Shown: positions 24,001-37,227, counted from the stretch's first letter. The stretch: DNA of 64,000 nucleotides from Naegleria gruberi (GCA_000004985.1 GG738853.1), one strand, 5' to 3'. Notes: generated from the sequence alone by a model not told the origin. Numbers and translations are program-made.

Positions 24001-27000
24001 NNNNNNNNNNNNNNNNNNNNNNNNNNNNNNNNNNNNNNNNNNNNNNNNNNNNNNNNNNNNNNNNNNNNNNNNNNNNNNNNNNNNNNNNNNNNNNNNNNNN
24101 NNNNNNNNNNNNNNNNNNNNNNNNNNNNNNNNNNNNNNNNNNNNNNNNNNNNNNNNNNNNNNNNNNNNNNNNNNNNNNNNNNNNNNNNNNNNNNNNNNNN
24201 NNNNNNNNNNNNNNNNNNNNNNNNNNNNNNNNNNNNNNNNNNNNNNNNNNNNNNNNNNNNNNNNNNNNNNNNNNNNNNNNNNNNNNNNNNNNNNNNNNNN
24301 NNNNNNNNNNNNNNNNNNNNNNNNNNNNNNNNNNNNNNNNNNNNNNNNNNNNNNNNNNNNNNNNNNNNNNNNNNNNNNNNNNNNNNNNNNNNNNNNNNNN
24401 NNNNNNNNNNNNNNNNNNNNNNNNNNNNNNNNNNNNNNNNNNNNNNNNNNNNNNNNNNNNNNNNNNNNNNNNNNNNNNNNNNNNNNNNNNNNNNNNNNNN
24501 NNNNNNNNNNNNNNNNNNNNNNNNNNNNNNNNNNNNNNNNNNNNNNNNNNNNNNNNNNNNNNNNNNNNNNNNNNNNNNNNNNNNNNNNNNNNNNNNNNNN
24601 NNNNNNNNNNNNNNNNNNNNNNNNNNNNNNNNNNNNNNNNNNNNNNNNNNNNNNNNNNNNNNNNNNNNNNNNNNNNNNNNNNNNNNNNNNNNNNNNNNNN
24701 NNNNNNNNNNNNNNNNNNNNNNNNNNNNNNNNNNNNNNNNNNNNNNNNNNNNNNNNNNNNNNNNNNNNNNNNNNNNNNNNNNNNNNNNNNNNNNNNNNNN
24801 NNNNNNNNNNNNNNNNNNNNNNNNNNNNNNNNNNNNNNNNNNNNNNNNNNNNNNNNNNNNNNNNNNNNNNNNNNNNNNNNNNNNNNNNNNNNNNNNNNNN
24901 NNNNNNNNNNNNNNNNNNNNNNNNNNNNNNNNNNNNNNNNNNNNNNNNNNNNNNNNNNNNNNNNNNNNNNNNNNNNNNNNNNNNNNNNNNNNNNNNNNNN
25001 NNNNNNNNNNNNNNNNNNNNNNNNNNNNNNNNNNNNNNNNNNNNNNNNNNNNNNNNNNNNNNNNNNNNNNNNNNNNNNNNNNNNNNNNNNNNNNNNNNNN
25101 NNNNNNNNNNNNNNNNNNNNNNNNNNNNNNNNNNNNNNNNNNNNNNNNNNNNNNNNNNNNNNNNNNNNNNNNNNNNNNNNNNNNNNNNNNNNNNNNNNNN
25201 NNNNNNNNNNNNNNNNNNNNNNNNNNNNNNNNNNNNNNNNNNNNNNNNNNNNNNNNNNNNNNNNNNNNNNNNNNNNNNNNNNNNNNNNNNNNNNNNNNNN
25301 NNNNNNNNNNNNNNNNNNNNNNNNNNNNNNNNNNNNNNNNNNNNNNNNNNNNNNNNNNNNNNNNNNNNNNNNNNNNNNNNNNNNNNNNNNNNNNNNNNNN
25401 NNNNNNNNNNNNNNNNNNNNNNNNNNNNNNNNNNNNNNNNNNNNNNNNNNNNNNNNNNNNNNNNNNNNNNNNNNNNNNNNNNNNNNNNNNNNNNNNNNNN
25501 NNNNNNNNNNNNNNNNNNNNNNNNNNNNNNNNNNNNNNNNNNNNNNNNNNNNNNNNNNNNNNNNNNNNNNNNNNNNNNNNNNNNNNNNNNNNNNNNNNNN
25601 NNNNNNNNNNNNNNNNNNNNNNNNNNNNNNNNNNNNNNNNNNNNNNNNNNNNNNNNNNNNNNNNNNNNNNNNNNNNNNNNNNNNNNNNNNNNNNNNNNNN
25701 NNNNNNNNNNNNNNNNNNNNNNNNNNNNNNNNNNNNNNNNNNNNNNNNNNNNNNNNNNNNNNNNNNNNNNNNNNNNNNNNNNNNNNNNNNNNNNNNNNNN
25801 NNNNNNNNNNNNNNNNNNNNNNNNNNNNNNNNNNNNNNNNNNNNNNNNNNNNNNNNNNNNNNNNNNNNNNNNNNNNNNNNNNNNNNNNNNNNNNNNNNNN
25901 NNNNNNNNNNNNNNNNNNNNNNNNNNNNNNNNNNNNNNNNNNNNNNNNNNNNNNNNNNNNNNNNNNNNNNNNNNNNNNNNNNNNNNNNNNNNNNNNNNNN
26001 NNNNNNNNNNNNNNNNNNNNNNNNNNNNNNNNNNNNNNNNNNNNNNNNNNNNNNNNNNNNNNNNNNNNNNNNNNNNNNNNNNNNNNNNNNNNNNNNNNNN
26101 NNNNNNNNNNNNNNNNNNNNNNNNNNNNNNNNNNNNNNNNNNNNNNNNNNNNNNNNNNNNNNNNNNNNNNNNNNNNNNNNNNNNNNNNNNNNNNNNNNNN
26201 NNNNNNNNNNNNNNNNNNNNNNNNNNNNNNNNNNNNNNNNNNNNNNNNNNNNNNNNNNNNNNNNNNNNNNNNNNNNNNNNNNNNNNNNNNNNNNNNNNNN
26301 NNNNNNNNNNNNNNNNNNNNNNNNNNNNNNNNNNNNNNNNNNNNNNNNNNNNNNNNNNNNNNNNNNNNNNNNNNNNNNNNNNNNNNNNNNNNNNNNNNNN
26401 NNNNNNNNNNNNNNNNNNNNNNNNNNNNNNNNNNNNNNNNNNNNNNNNNNNNNNNNNNNNNNNNNNNNNNNNNNNNNNNNNNNNNNNNNNNNNNNNNNNN
26501 NNNNNNNNNNNNNNNNNNNNNNNNNNNNNNNNNNNNNNNNNNNNNNNNNNNNNNNNNNNNNNNNNNNNNNNNNNNNNNNNNNNNNNNNNNNNNNNNNNNN
26601 NNNNNNNNNNNNNNNNNNNNNNNNNNNNNNNNNNNNNNNNNNNNNNNNNNNNNNNNNNNNNNNNNNNNNNNNNNNNNNNNNNNNNNNNNNNNNNNNNNNN
26701 NNNNNNNNNNNNNNNNNNNNNNNNNNNNNNNNNNNNNNNNNNNNNNNNNNNNNNNNNNNNNNNNNNNNNNNNNNNNNNNNNNNNNNNNNNNNNNNNNNNN
26801 NNNNNNNNNNNNNNNNNNNNNNNNNNNNNNNNNNNNNNNNNNNNNNNNNNNNNNNNNNNNNNNNNNNNNNNNNNNNNNNNNNNNNNNNNNNNNNNNNNNN
26901 NNNNNNNNNNNNNNNNNNNNNNNNNNNNNNNNNNNNNNNNNNNNNNNNNNNNNNNNNNNNNNNNNNNNNNNNNNNNNNNNNNNNNNNNNNNNNNNNNNNN

Positions 27001-30000
27001 NNNNNNNNNNNNNNNNNNNNNNNNNNNNNNNNNNNNNNNNNNNNNNNNNNNNNNNNNNNNNNNNNNNNNNNNNNNNNNNNNNNNNNNNNNNNNNNNNNNN
27101 NNNNNNNNNNNNNNNNNNNNNNNNNNNNNNNNNNNNNNNNNNNNNNNNNNNNNNNNNNNNNNNNNNNNNNNNNNNNNNNNNNNNNNNNNNNNNNNNNNNN
27201 NNNNNNNNNNNNNNNNNNNNNNNNNNNNNNNNNNNNNNNNNNNNNNNNNNNNNNNNNNNNNNNNNNNNNNNNNNNNNNNNNNNNNNNNNNNNNNNNNNNN
27301 NNNNNNNNNNNNNNNNNNNNNNNNNNNNNNNNNNNNNNNNNNNNNNNNNNNNNNNNNNNNNNNNNNNNNNNNNNNNNNNNNNNNNNNNNNNNNNNNNNNN
27401 NNNNNNNNNNNNNNNNNNNNNNNNNNNNNNNNNNNNNNNNNNNNNNNNNNNNNNNNNNNNNNNNNNNNNNNNNNNNNNNNNNNNNNNNNNNNNNNNNNNN
27501 NNNNNNNNNNNNNNNNNNNNNNNNNNNNNNNNNNNNNNNNNNNNNNNNNNNNNNNNNNNNNNNNNNNNNNNNNNNNNNNNNNNNNNNNNNNNNNNNNNNN
27601 NNNNNNNNNNNNNNNNNNNNNNNNNNNNNNNNNNNNNNNNNNNNNNNNNNNNNNNNNNNNNNNNNNNNNNNNNNNNNNNNNNNNNNNNNNNNNNNNNNNN
27701 NNNNNNNNNNNNNNNNNNNNNNNNNNNNNNNNNNNNNNNNNNNNNNNNNNNNNNNNNNNNNNNNNNNNNNNNNNNNNNNNNNNNNNNNNNNNNNNNNNNN
27801 NNNNNNNNNNNNNNNNNNNNNNNNNNNNNNNNNNNNNNNNNNNNNNNNNNNNNNNNNNNNNNNNNNNNNNNNNNNNNNNNNNNNNNNNNNNNNNNNNNNN
27901 NNNNNNNNNNNNNNNNNNNNNNNNNNNNNNNNNNNNNNNNNNNNNNNNNNNNNNNNNNNNNNNNNNNNNNNNNNNNNNNNNNNNNNNNNNNNNNNNNNNN
28001 NNNNNNNNNNNNNNNNNNNNNNNNNNNNNNNNNNNNNNNNNNNNNNNNNNNNNNNNNNNNNNNNNNNNNNNNNNNNNNNNNNNNNNNNNNNNNNNNNNNN
28101 NNNNNNNNNNNNNNNNNNNNNNNNNNNNNNNNNNNNNNNNNNNNNNNNNNNNNNNNNNNNNNNNNNNNNNNNNNNNNNNNNNNNNNNNNNNNNNNNNNNN
28201 NNNNNNNNNNNNNNNNNNNNNNNNNNNNNNNNNNNNNNNNNNNNNNNNNNNNNNNNNNNNNNNNNNNNNNNNNNNNNNNNNNNNNNNNNNNNNNNNNNNN
28301 NNNNNNNNNNNNNNNNNNNNNNNNNNNNNNNNNNNNNNNNNNNNNNNNNNNNNNNNNNNNNNNNNNNNNNNNNNNNNNNNNNNNNNNNNNNNNNNNNNNN
28401 NNNNNNNNNNNNNNNNNNNNNNNNNNNNNNNNNNNNNNNNNNNNNNNNNNNNNNNNNNNNNNNNNNNNNNNNNNNNNNNNNNNNNNNNNNNNNNNNNNNN
28501 NNNNNNNNNNNNNNNNNNNNNNNNNNNNNNNNNNNNNNNNNNNNNNNNNNNNNNNNNNNNNNNNNNNNNNNNNNNNNNNNNNNNNNNNNNNNNNNNNNNN
28601 NNNNNNNNNNNNNNNNNNNNNNNNNNNNNNNNNNNNNNNNNNNNNNNNNNNNNNNNNNNNNNNNNNNNNNNNNNNNNNNNNNNNNNNNNNNNNNNNNNNN
28701 NNNNNNNNNNNNNNNNNNNNNNNNNNNNNNNNNNNNNNNNNNNNNNNNNNNNNNNNNNNNNNNNNNNNNNNNNNNNNNNNNNNNNNNNNNNNNNNNNNNN
28801 NNNNNNNNNNNNNNNNNNNNNNNNNNNNNNNNNNNNNNNNNNNNNNNNNNNNNNNNNNNNNNNNNNNNNNNNNNNNNNNNNNNNNNNNNNNNNNNNNNNN
28901 NNNNNNNNNNNNNNNNNNNNNNNNNNNNNNNNNNNNNNNNNNNNNNNNNNNNNNNNNNNNNNNNNNNNNNNNNNNNNNNNNNNNNNNNNNNNNNNNNNNN
29001 NNNNNNNNNNNNNNNNNNNNNNNNNNNNNNNNNNNNNNNNNNNNNNNNNNNNNNNNNNNNNNNNNNNNNNNNNNNNNNNNNNNNNNNNNNNNNNNNNNNN
29101 NNNNNNNNNNNNNNNNNNNNNNNNNNNNNNNNNNNNNNNNNNNNNNNNNNNNNNNNNNNNNNNNNNNNNNNNNNNNNNNNNNNNNNNNNNNNNNNNNNNN
29201 NNNNNNNNNNNNNNNNNNNNNNNNNNNNNNNNNNNNNNNNNNNNNNNNNNNNNNNNNNNNNNNNNNNNNNNNNNNNNNNNNNNNNNNNNNNNNNNNNNNN
29301 NNNNNNNNNNNNNNNNNNNNNNNNNNNNNNNNNNNNNNNNNNNNNNNNNNNNNNNNNNNNNNNNNNNNNNNNNNNNNNNNNNNNNNNNNNNNNNNNNNNN
29401 NNNNNNNNNNNNNNNNNNNNNNNNNNNNNNNNNNNNNNNNNNNNNNNNNNNNNNNNNNNNNNNNNNNNNNNNNNNNNNNNNNNNNNNNNNNNNNNNNNNN
29501 NNNNNNNNNNNNNNNNNNNNNNNNNNNNNNNNNNNNNNNNNNNNNNNNNNNNNNNNNNNNNNNNNNNNNNNNNNNNNNNNNNNNNNNNNNNNNNNNNNNN
29601 NNNNNNNNNNNNNNNNNNNNNNNNNNNNNNNNNNNNNNNNNNNNNNNNNNNNNNNNNNNNNNNNNNNNNNNNNNNNNNNNNNNNNNNNNNNNNNNNNNNN
29701 NNNNNNNNNNNNNNNNNNNNNNNNNNNNNNNNNNNNNNNNNNNNNNNNNNNNNNNNNNNNNNNNNNNNNNNNNNNNNNNNNNNNNNNNNNNNNNNNNNNN
29801 NNNNNNNNNNNNNNNNNNNNNNNNNNNNNNNNNNNNNNNNNNNNNNNNNNNNNNNNNNNNNNNNNNNNNNNNNNNNNNNNNNNNNNNNNNNNNNNNNNNN
29901 NNNNNNNNNNNNNNNNNNNNNNNNNNNNNNNNNNNNNNNNNNNNNNNNNNNNNNNNNNNNNNNNNNNNNNNNNNNNNNNNNNNNNNNNNNNNNNNNNNNN

Positions 30001-33000
30001 NNNNNNNNNNNNNNNNNNNNNNNNNNNNNNNNNNNNNNNNNNNNNNNNNNNNNNNNNNNNNNNNNNNNNNNNNNNNNNNNNNNNNNNNNNNNNNNNNNNN
30101 NNNNNNNNNNNNNNNNNNNNNNNNNNNNNNNNNNNNNNNNNNNNNNNNNNNNNNNNNNNNNNNNNNNNNNNNNNNNNNNNNNNNNNNNNNNNNNNNNNNN
30201 NNNNNNNNNNNNNNNNNNNNNNNNNNNNNNNNNNNNNNNNNNNNNNNNNNNNNNNNNNNNNNNNNNNNNNNNNNNNNNNNNNNNNNNNNNNNNNNNNNNN
30301 NNNNNNNNNNNNNNNNNNNNNNNNNNNNNNNNNNNNNNNNNNNNNNNNNNNNNNNNNNNNNNNNNNNNNNNNNNNNNNNNNNNNNNNNNNNNNNNNNNNN
30401 NNNNNNNNNNNNNNNNNNNNNNNNNNNNNNNNNNNNNNNNNNNNNNNNNNNNNNNNNNNNNNNNNNNNNNNNNNNNNNNNNNNNNNNNNNNNNNNNNNNN
30501 NNNNNNNNNNNNNNNNNNNNNNNNNNNNNNNNNNNNNNNNNNNNNNNNNNNNNNNNNNNNNNNNNNNNNNNNNNNNNNNNNNNNNNNNNNNNNNNNNNNN
30601 NNNNNNNNNNNNNNNNNNNNNNNNNNNNNNNNNNNNNNNNNNNNNNNNNNNNNNNNNNNNNNNNNNNNNNNNNNNNNNNNNNNNNNNNNNNNNNNNNNNN
30701 NNNNNNNNNNNNNNNNNNNNNNNNNNNNNNNNNNNNNNNNNNNNNNNNNNNNNNNNNNNNNNNNNNNNNNNNNNNNNNNNNNNNNNNNNNNNNNNNNNNN
30801 NNNNNNNNNNNNNNNNNNNNNNNNNNNNNNNNNNNNNNNNNNNNNNNNNNNNNNNNNNNNNNNNNNNNNNNNNNNNNNNNNNNNNNNNNNNNNNNNNNNN
30901 NNNNNNNNNNNNNNNNNNNNNNNNNNNNNNNNNNNNNNNNNNNNNNNNNNNNNNNNNNNNNNNNNNNNNNNNNNNNNNNNNNNNNNNNNNNNNNNNNNNN
31001 NNNNNNNNNNNNNNNNNNNNNNNNNNNNNNNNNNNNNNNNNNNNNNNNNNNNNNNNNNNNNNNNNNNNNNNNNNNNNNNNNNNNNNNNNNNNNNNNNNNN
31101 NNNNNNNNNNNNNNNNNNNNNNNNNNNNNNNNNNNNNNNNNNNNNNNNNNNNNNNNNNNNNNNNNNNNNNNNNNNNNNNNNNNNNNNNNNNNNNNNNNNN
31201 NNNNNNNNNNNNNNNNNNNNNNNNNNNNNNNNNNNNNNNNNNNNNNNNNNNNNNNNNNNNNNNNNNNNNNNNNNNNNNNNNNNNNNNNNNNNNNNNNNNN
31301 NNNNNNNNNNNNNNNNNNNNNNNNNNNNNNNNNNNNNNNNNNNNNNNNNNNNNNNNNNNNNNNNNNNNNNNNNNNNNNNNNNNNNNNNNNNNNNNNNNNN
31401 NNNNNNNNNNNNNNNNNNNNNNNNNNNNNNNNNNNNNNNNNNNNNNNNNNNNNNNNNNNNNNNNNNNNNNNNNNNNNNNNNNNNNNNNNNNNNNNNNNNN
31501 NNNNNNNNNNNNNNNNNNNNNNNNNNNNNNNNNNNNNNNNNNNNNNNNNNNNNNNNNNNNNNNNNNNNNNNNNNNNNNNNNNNNNNNNNNNNNNNNNNNN
31601 NNNNNNNNNNNNNNNNNNNNNNNNNNNNNNNNNNNNNNNNNNNNNNNNNNNNNNNNNNNNNNNNNNNNNNNNNNNNNNNNNNNNNNNNNNNNNNNNNNNN
31701 NNNNNNNNNNNNNNNNNNNNNNNNNNNNNNNNNNNNNNNNNNNNNNNNNNNNNNNNNNNNNNNNNNNNNNNNNNNNNNNNNNNNNNNNNNNNNNNNNNNN
31801 NNNNNNNNNNNNNNNNNNNNNNNNNNNNNNNNNNNNNNNNNNNNNNNNNNNNNNNNNNNNNNNNNNNNNNNNNNNNNNNNNNNNNNNNNNNNNNNNNNNN
31901 NNNNNNNNNNNNNNNNNNNNNNNNNNNNNNNNNNNNNNNNNNNNNNNNNNNNNNNNNNNNNNNNNNNNNNNNNNNNNNNNNNNNNNNNNNNNNNNNNNNN
32001 NNNNNNNNNNNNNNNNNNNNNNNNNNNNNNNNNNNNNNNNNNNNNNNNNNNNNNNNNNNNNNNNNNNNNNNNNNNNNNNNNNNNNNNNNNNNNNNNNNNN
32101 NNNNNNNNNNNNNNNNNNNNNNNNNNNNNNNNNNNNNNNNNNNNNNNNNNNNNNNNNNNNNNNNNNNNNNNNNNNNNNNNNNNNNNNNNNNNNNNNNNNN
32201 NNNNNNNNNNNNNNNNNNNNNNNNNNNNNNNNNNNNNNNNNNNNNNNNNNNNNNNNNNNNNNNNNNNNNNNNNNNNNNNNNNNNNNNNNNNNNNNNNNNN
32301 NNNNNNNNNNNNNNNNNNNNNNNNNNNNNNNNNNNNNNNNNNNNNNNNNNNNNNNNNNNNNNNNNNNNNNNNNNNNNNNNNNNNNNNNNNNNNNNNNNNN
32401 NNNNNNNNNNNNNNNNNNNNNNNNNNNNNNNNNNNNNNNNNNNNNNNNNNNNNNNNNNNNNNNNNNNNNNNNNNNNNNNNNNNNNNNNNNNNNNNNNNNN
32501 NNNNNNNNNNNNNNNNNNNNNNNNNNNNNNNNNNNNNNNNNNNNNNNNNNNNNNNNNNNNNNNNNNNNNNNNNNNNNNNNNNNNNNNNNNNNNNNNNNNN
32601 NNNNNNNNNNNNNNNNNNNNNNNNNNNNNNNNNNNNNNNNNNNNNNNNNNNNNNNNNNNNNNNNNNNNNNNNNNNNNNNNNNNNNNNNNNNNNNNNNNNN
32701 NNNNNNNNNNNNNNNNNNNNNNNNNNNNNNNNNNNNNNNNNNNNNNNNNNNNNNNNNNNNNNNNNNNNNNNNNNNNNNNNNNNNNNNNNNNNNNNNNNNN
32801 NNNNNNNNNNNNNNNNNNNNNNNNNNNNNNNNNNNNNNNNNNNNNNNNNNNNNNNNNNNNNNNNNNNNNNNNNNNNNNNNNNNNNNNNNNNNNNNNNNNN
32901 NNNNNNNNNNNNNNNNNNNNNNNNNNNNNNNNNNNNNNNNNNNNNNNNNNNNNNNNNNNNNNNNNNNNNNNNNNNNNNNNNNNNNNNNNNNNNNNNNNNN

Positions 33001-33348
33001 NNNNNNNNNNNNNNNNNNNNNNNNNNNNNNNNNNNNNNNNNNNNNNNNNNNNNNNNNNNNNNNNNNNNNNNNNNNNNNNNNNNNNNNNNNNNNNNNNNNN
33101 NNNNNNNNNNNNNNNNNNNNNNNNNNNNNNNNNNNNNNNNNNNNNNNNNNNNNNNNNNNNNNNNNNNNNNNNNNNNNNNNNNNNNNNNNNNNNNNNNNNN
33201 NNNNNNNNNNNNNNNNNNNNNNNNNNNNNNNNNNNNNNNNNNNNNNNNNNNNNNNNNNNNNNNNNNNNNNNNNNNNNNNNNNNNNNNNNNNNNNNNNNNN
33301 NNNNNNNNNNNNNNNNNNNNNNNNNNNNNNNNNNNNNNNNNNNNNNNN
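1..33348. other. Assembly gap (run of N)
   Basis: Uninterrupted 'n' characters. Real sequence begins at 33349. Confidence 0.99.
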
Positions 33349-33473
33349 AAGATTTGTATCTTCTATTGAATATCACAATTACTGTATCTGAAGATTTGAG
33401 ATAAATCCCAGTATCATTTGAATTCCAGGCATCGGTTGGCATGTCCACAAGTTTCAATTTGAAGAATGCGTCC

Positions 33474-34817
33474 TCATTCGTATTGTGTATTCCTAATAGA
33501 TGCATCACTTGAAAAGTTTTTCCCATAAATTGAGATGTAATCCTCAGGAAATTGATTTTTTCTAAAAGTTTGTAAAATGCATGGATGAACAGCTCGTTCC
33601 GAACATCCAACAATGGTCATTCTACATGTCTGAAGAGTTTCCTCACTCTGAATTCCTTGTAGCAATTGGTGTTTGTAAGTGTCATTGTCAAAATAATGTT
33701 GATTATCAGAATTTTCTGATGGACTCAATGTGAGATTCCTTAAAGAGTGATGTTTCAATAAGTTTTTCAGGGAATTCTTCTTTTTCAATGATGTATTATA
33801 TTGGGATGGATCGTAAAATTCATGAATATGCACATGTTCCAATGAAAATGGTTTAATTTCTCTCAAAAATTCCGAACAAATTGAAATGACACACTTCCTT
33901 ATCGAATAATCTTCTCCCAACTCGAAGAAACCCTCATAATCACTTCCAACAATAGATTCAACAACTGTTGGGACATTCACATCACCAGCAACTGCTGTAT
34001 TATTCCTATAATTTGGAGGTATCGAATTTACCTTATTCGACAAACTATTCGAATGTTTTACAATTAATTCCTCACTTAAAATTCCCTCAAAATATTGAAT
34101 CCTCCTCCTCACTCTCACAATAAACTCCTGTAAAACTCCTTGCATGATAAGAGCTTGATGTTGAACTGAATTTAAACCTTTCGAATTTCGATTATTCATT
34201 TCCAATATTCTCCTATTCGTTAGTTGATTAAGGAAGGGTATCGTATTTTGTAATTGGTGCCTCCACATACTATCATTAGGTTCAATTATATGAAAAATGT
34301 AGGATTGAAAAAGTTTGCAACTCGATGAAAATTGAAGAATGTCTGGAAGGCAAAGAAATGGAAAAATTAAATCGAATATTAATTCGAAAGGGAGTTGTTT
34401 GAAAGTCTTGTGGTTGATTTCTAGGGAGGATTGAATGTAGAGGTGAGAAATGGGCCGTTTCGTATTTGATGATGAAGTGTTGGTAGAACTATTCGAATCG
34501 GAAGAACGAAAGTCATGTTCATGATTGTTTTGAGGAGTTGGTGCAGAGAAAGCCTTGAATTTAGTTAGATGATTAGTTCGGACACATTTAATATCATCAC
34601 CATGGTCTTCATCAGTTTCCAATATTATATCTGAAAGTGGTTGAATTTGTTTCTTGAAAATGTTTCTTTCGGCTGTTTTACTAACGGTCTGCAAGATTTT
34701 GTTATCTGTTTTAATCGCTGATGATGTTGATGGTTCAGACAATTTACCATTGACCTTTCGAATAGGAAGTTGTGTCATTTTGTTCGAAAAGTTTATTGGT
34801 GATTTGTCCATTTGCAT
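33474..34817 (-). CDS. F-box-like protein (hypothetical)
   Basis: Open frame of 457 aa in the ORF track, ending in TGA at 33474. The first in-frame ATG is at 34817 (MQMDK...). An internal motif LPFELIFDLIFPFLCLPDILQFSSSCKLFQ resembles an F-box. The C-terminal part matches no domain I recognise. The 3' end could continue into the gap by splicing. Confidence 0.5.
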   Translation of the reverse strand: MQMDKSPINFSNKMTQLPIRKVNGKLSEPSTSSAIKTDNKILQTVSKTAERNIFKKQIQPLSDIILETDEDHGDDIKCVRTNHLTKFKAFSAPTPQNNHEHDFRSSDSNSSTNTSSSNTKRPISHLYIQSSLEINHKTFKQLPFELIFDLIFPFLCLPDILQFSSSCKLFQSYIFHIIEPNDSMWRHQLQNTIPFLNQLTNRRILEMNNRNSKGLNSVQHQALIMQGVLQEFIVRVRRRIQYFEGILSEELIVKHSNSLSNKVNSIPPNYRNNTAVAGDVNVPTVVESIVGSDYEGFFELGEDYSIRKCVISICSEFLREIKPFSLEHVHIHEFYDPSQYNTSLKKKNSLKNLLKHHSLRNLTLSPSENSDNQHYFDNDTYKHQLLQGIQSEETLQTCRMTIVGCSERAVHPCILQTFRKNQFPEDYISIYGKNFSSDASIRNTQYE

Positions 34818-34989
34818 CTCGTATTGACAGCTGTTATAATTTCTCAAATTGTCATCTCCAACACTTTCTATTCGAAATGCCTCAACACTTTCACATCCTA
34901 AACTTTTTGTAAACTTTCTTCTTTACAAAATAATATTATTGAATGAAATACAAAAATCAAATTTCTCAATAATAATAATACAAAAAAAA

Positions 34990-37116
34990 ATGCAAAACTC
35001 AAACACAGGCGACACCACATCAACCTCTCATACAACGCTGCCGCAGCCACCATCAAAAAATTCGGAATTTTCCTTCCTCACCAATTCCGATGGTTATTCA
35101 TCAATAGAAGATGAAGAACAATTTTCCAAATTAAAACCAAAACGATATGGTGGAGAGTTGGATGAGGGACATGCCTTTTACTTCTCCGATATGATTGATA
35201 TTATGTCGAAGGAGAAGGATTTGAATAGAAAGTTTTATCGGATGAGAGTTTTGTTGCACGGGAGTAGGGAGAAGAAGGAACGACCATTGTTTCAGCATGA
35301 ATCTGATGTGGTATTGTCGTGGACTTCATCATTGAGGGCTTCGGAGGTGATGTATCGATCAGTGCAAGCTTTTGGCACTGGATTGGAACGTGATTTGCAG
35401 AAATTGGTTGAGTTTGGACTTGTGAATCACTTGTTGATATTTATTACACATGGATATAGATTTAGATTTTGGGATGAGGGAGCTCCTACGAGAGATGATG
35501 TTTCAGTAGATCATTTCCTATATGAACCACGCAATTTTCAAGATATGTCGCTTCACTATCCAATGTATGCTGCAGAAACATTATTGTTAATTCTTAAACA
35601 CTCGGACTGGAATACCTTTTTGGCAATTATGGAACGATACTTTTCTAGTAAGCAAAATGGACCTAGAAGTAGTAAATTAATTAATGATGGAAAGCACACC
35701 ATTATGAATGGTGTCGGTGTATTTTACAAATCATTGAAATATGGATTGGCAGGAATGAAGGAAACTATACTCGTCATTCTCAAAACCATTCACACTCGAT
35801 GCAAAACATTCCAAAAGAATATACTCTACAATACTAAATTCCCACTCATTGAAGCATTGTTTGAATGCATCGATTCTCTGACGCCAGAGAATCTCTGCAA
35901 AGAACTCAGCACTCTTCCAGGTGAAGCTCAAAAGAGGCATTTTGGTAACAGGTTTGACCCTACTACAGAAAGTGGAAAAATTGTAATAGGGTATTGGACA
36001 GAAAATGTTAGAGATTCAATTGTTGATGTTATTGGAATCTTTTTAAATGAAGCCAAGAAAAATGGCAATAGAAAAATGTATTTGGATCCAAAGTATGTCT
36101 TTCCGTGGACTGAGGAAGAAATCAAGGTCAAGCCAGACAGAGCAAACTATAACAAAATATTGCACCGAATGACAGATCTGATTTATCAAAAGCCACTCAC
36201 TGAATTGAAAGTGATACAATATCATTATTGGTTACCTGGAATGTTTTCAAACATGCTATTTGAGAAGGAAGTTTGTGACAGCTCTAATTCCTTGGAACAA
36301 GTGATTGACATTGATTATCAATTATTGGACTTTATTTCAGGAGAGGATGAAATGTTGGACAAGTTGTTTGGCTTTATGAAGAGATTGTATCATGATCCAA
36401 TGTACAAATTGTCAAACTTTCTCGAGTCAACACGTCGCTTTTTGATTGCTCACGATGGAACTGATCATCCATTCGAAATTACACATAATAAGTTCAGACA
36501 TTTGATGGAAATGATAGAGTTATCAATGGTGGATTTACTTTCTTGGATTACATGCAATTCTTTAACAGCTTACAAATGTGTACAATATGATAATCACATT
36601 CTAATGGAGGATTTTCTTAAGCAAGATAACAACTTTACGGAATATTTAAATATGGATGTATTTTCAAAACCTGCTCTTTCATTCCATTCAATACTAGATG
36701 AAACAGAAGGCTACTATTCTATGGGAAGGAATACATGCATTCTCTCCATCATACACAACATGTTCATTGCCGCTCCTGAGCATGCCAATAGGCTGCCGGA
36801 TATACATAACTTGCTGCTTAAAGGTGTAATCGAAAATAAGGATCTGATTAATACTTGTTTTGTGAGTGGCATTAAGAATTATCAAATTGGATTACATGCT
36901 TATATAAGTTTATTTAGAGTGTTTGGAGAGTTAATGGAAGAGTTTGTTGGAAAGGCACAAGTCGATCAACAAAGAGCCATACTTTCTAGTAACATTGGTG
37001 AAATGTGTTTGAGAATTGATAAACATGATCTTGCCGAAAAGTATCTGAAATACTCCCTCAAATATGATCCAAATAACGAAAAGACAAAGAGAAGACTTGA
37101 TAGAGTAAAGAAATAA
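34990..37116 (+). CDS. Hypothetical protein with C-terminal TPR-like helix pair
   Basis: Long open frame (track entry 34849..37116). The first in-frame ATG, at 34990, follows an A-run (caaaaaaaaATG), the same start context seen at other genes here. It terminates in TAA. The C-terminus (LAEKYLKYSLKYDPNNEKTKRRL) is TPR-like. Confidence 0.55.
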   Translation: MQNSNTGDTTSTSHTTLPQPPSKNSEFSFLTNSDGYSSIEDEEQFSKLKPKRYGGELDEGHAFYFSDMIDIMSKEKDLNRKFYRMRVLLHGSREKKERPLFQHESDVVLSWTSSLRASEVMYRSVQAFGTGLERDLQKLVEFGLVNHLLIFITHGYRFRFWDEGAPTRDDVSVDHFLYEPRNFQDMSLHYPMYAAETLLLILKHSDWNTFLAIMERYFSSKQNGPRSSKLINDGKHTIMNGVGVFYKSLKYGLAGMKETILVILKTIHTRCKTFQKNILYNTKFPLIEALFECIDSLTPENLCKELSTLPGEAQKRHFGNRFDPTTESGKIVIGYWTENVRDSIVDVIGIFLNEAKKNGNRKMYLDPKYVFPWTEEEIKVKPDRANYNKILHRMTDLIYQKPLTELKVIQYHYWLPGMFSNMLFEKEVCDSSNSLEQVIDIDYQLLDFISGEDEMLDKLFGFMKRLYHDPMYKLSNFLESTRRFLIAHDGTDHPFEITHNKFRHLMEMIELSMVDLLSWITCNSLTAYKCVQYDNHILMEDFLKQDNNFTEYLNMDVFSKPALSFHSILDETEGYYSMGRNTCILSIIHNMFIAAPEHANRLPDIHNLLLKGVIENKDLINTCFVSGIKNYQIGLHAYISLFRVFGELMEEFVGKAQVDQQRAILSSNIGEMCLRIDKHDLAEKYLKYSLKYDPNNEKTKRRLDRVKK

Positions 37117-37227
37117 AATGAAATGTGTATAATGTTCACAATAAATTCATAGCTGCCATCTATCGTACTTCAAAAGCTGTAAAGGAAAGAAATAAAACTG
37201 TAATGTCTTCCTTCTAATAAAAACTAT

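Noticed and set aside
1-33348. 33.3 kb of N
   Set aside because: This is a scaffold gap and nothing can be said about it. It does mean the gene at 33474..34817 may be truncated or have exons in the gap.
35731-36885. Small antisense ORFs inside large genes (35731..36225, 36694..36885, 38014..38244, 39339..39572, 40799..45303, 47380..49459, 50050..50838, 51874..52962, 56889..57254, 57131..57334, 61480..62306, 62694..62963)
   Set aside because: They are 60-177 codons, lie entirely inside or antisense to well-supported genes, and have no motifs. They are expected by chance in AT-rich coding sequence.
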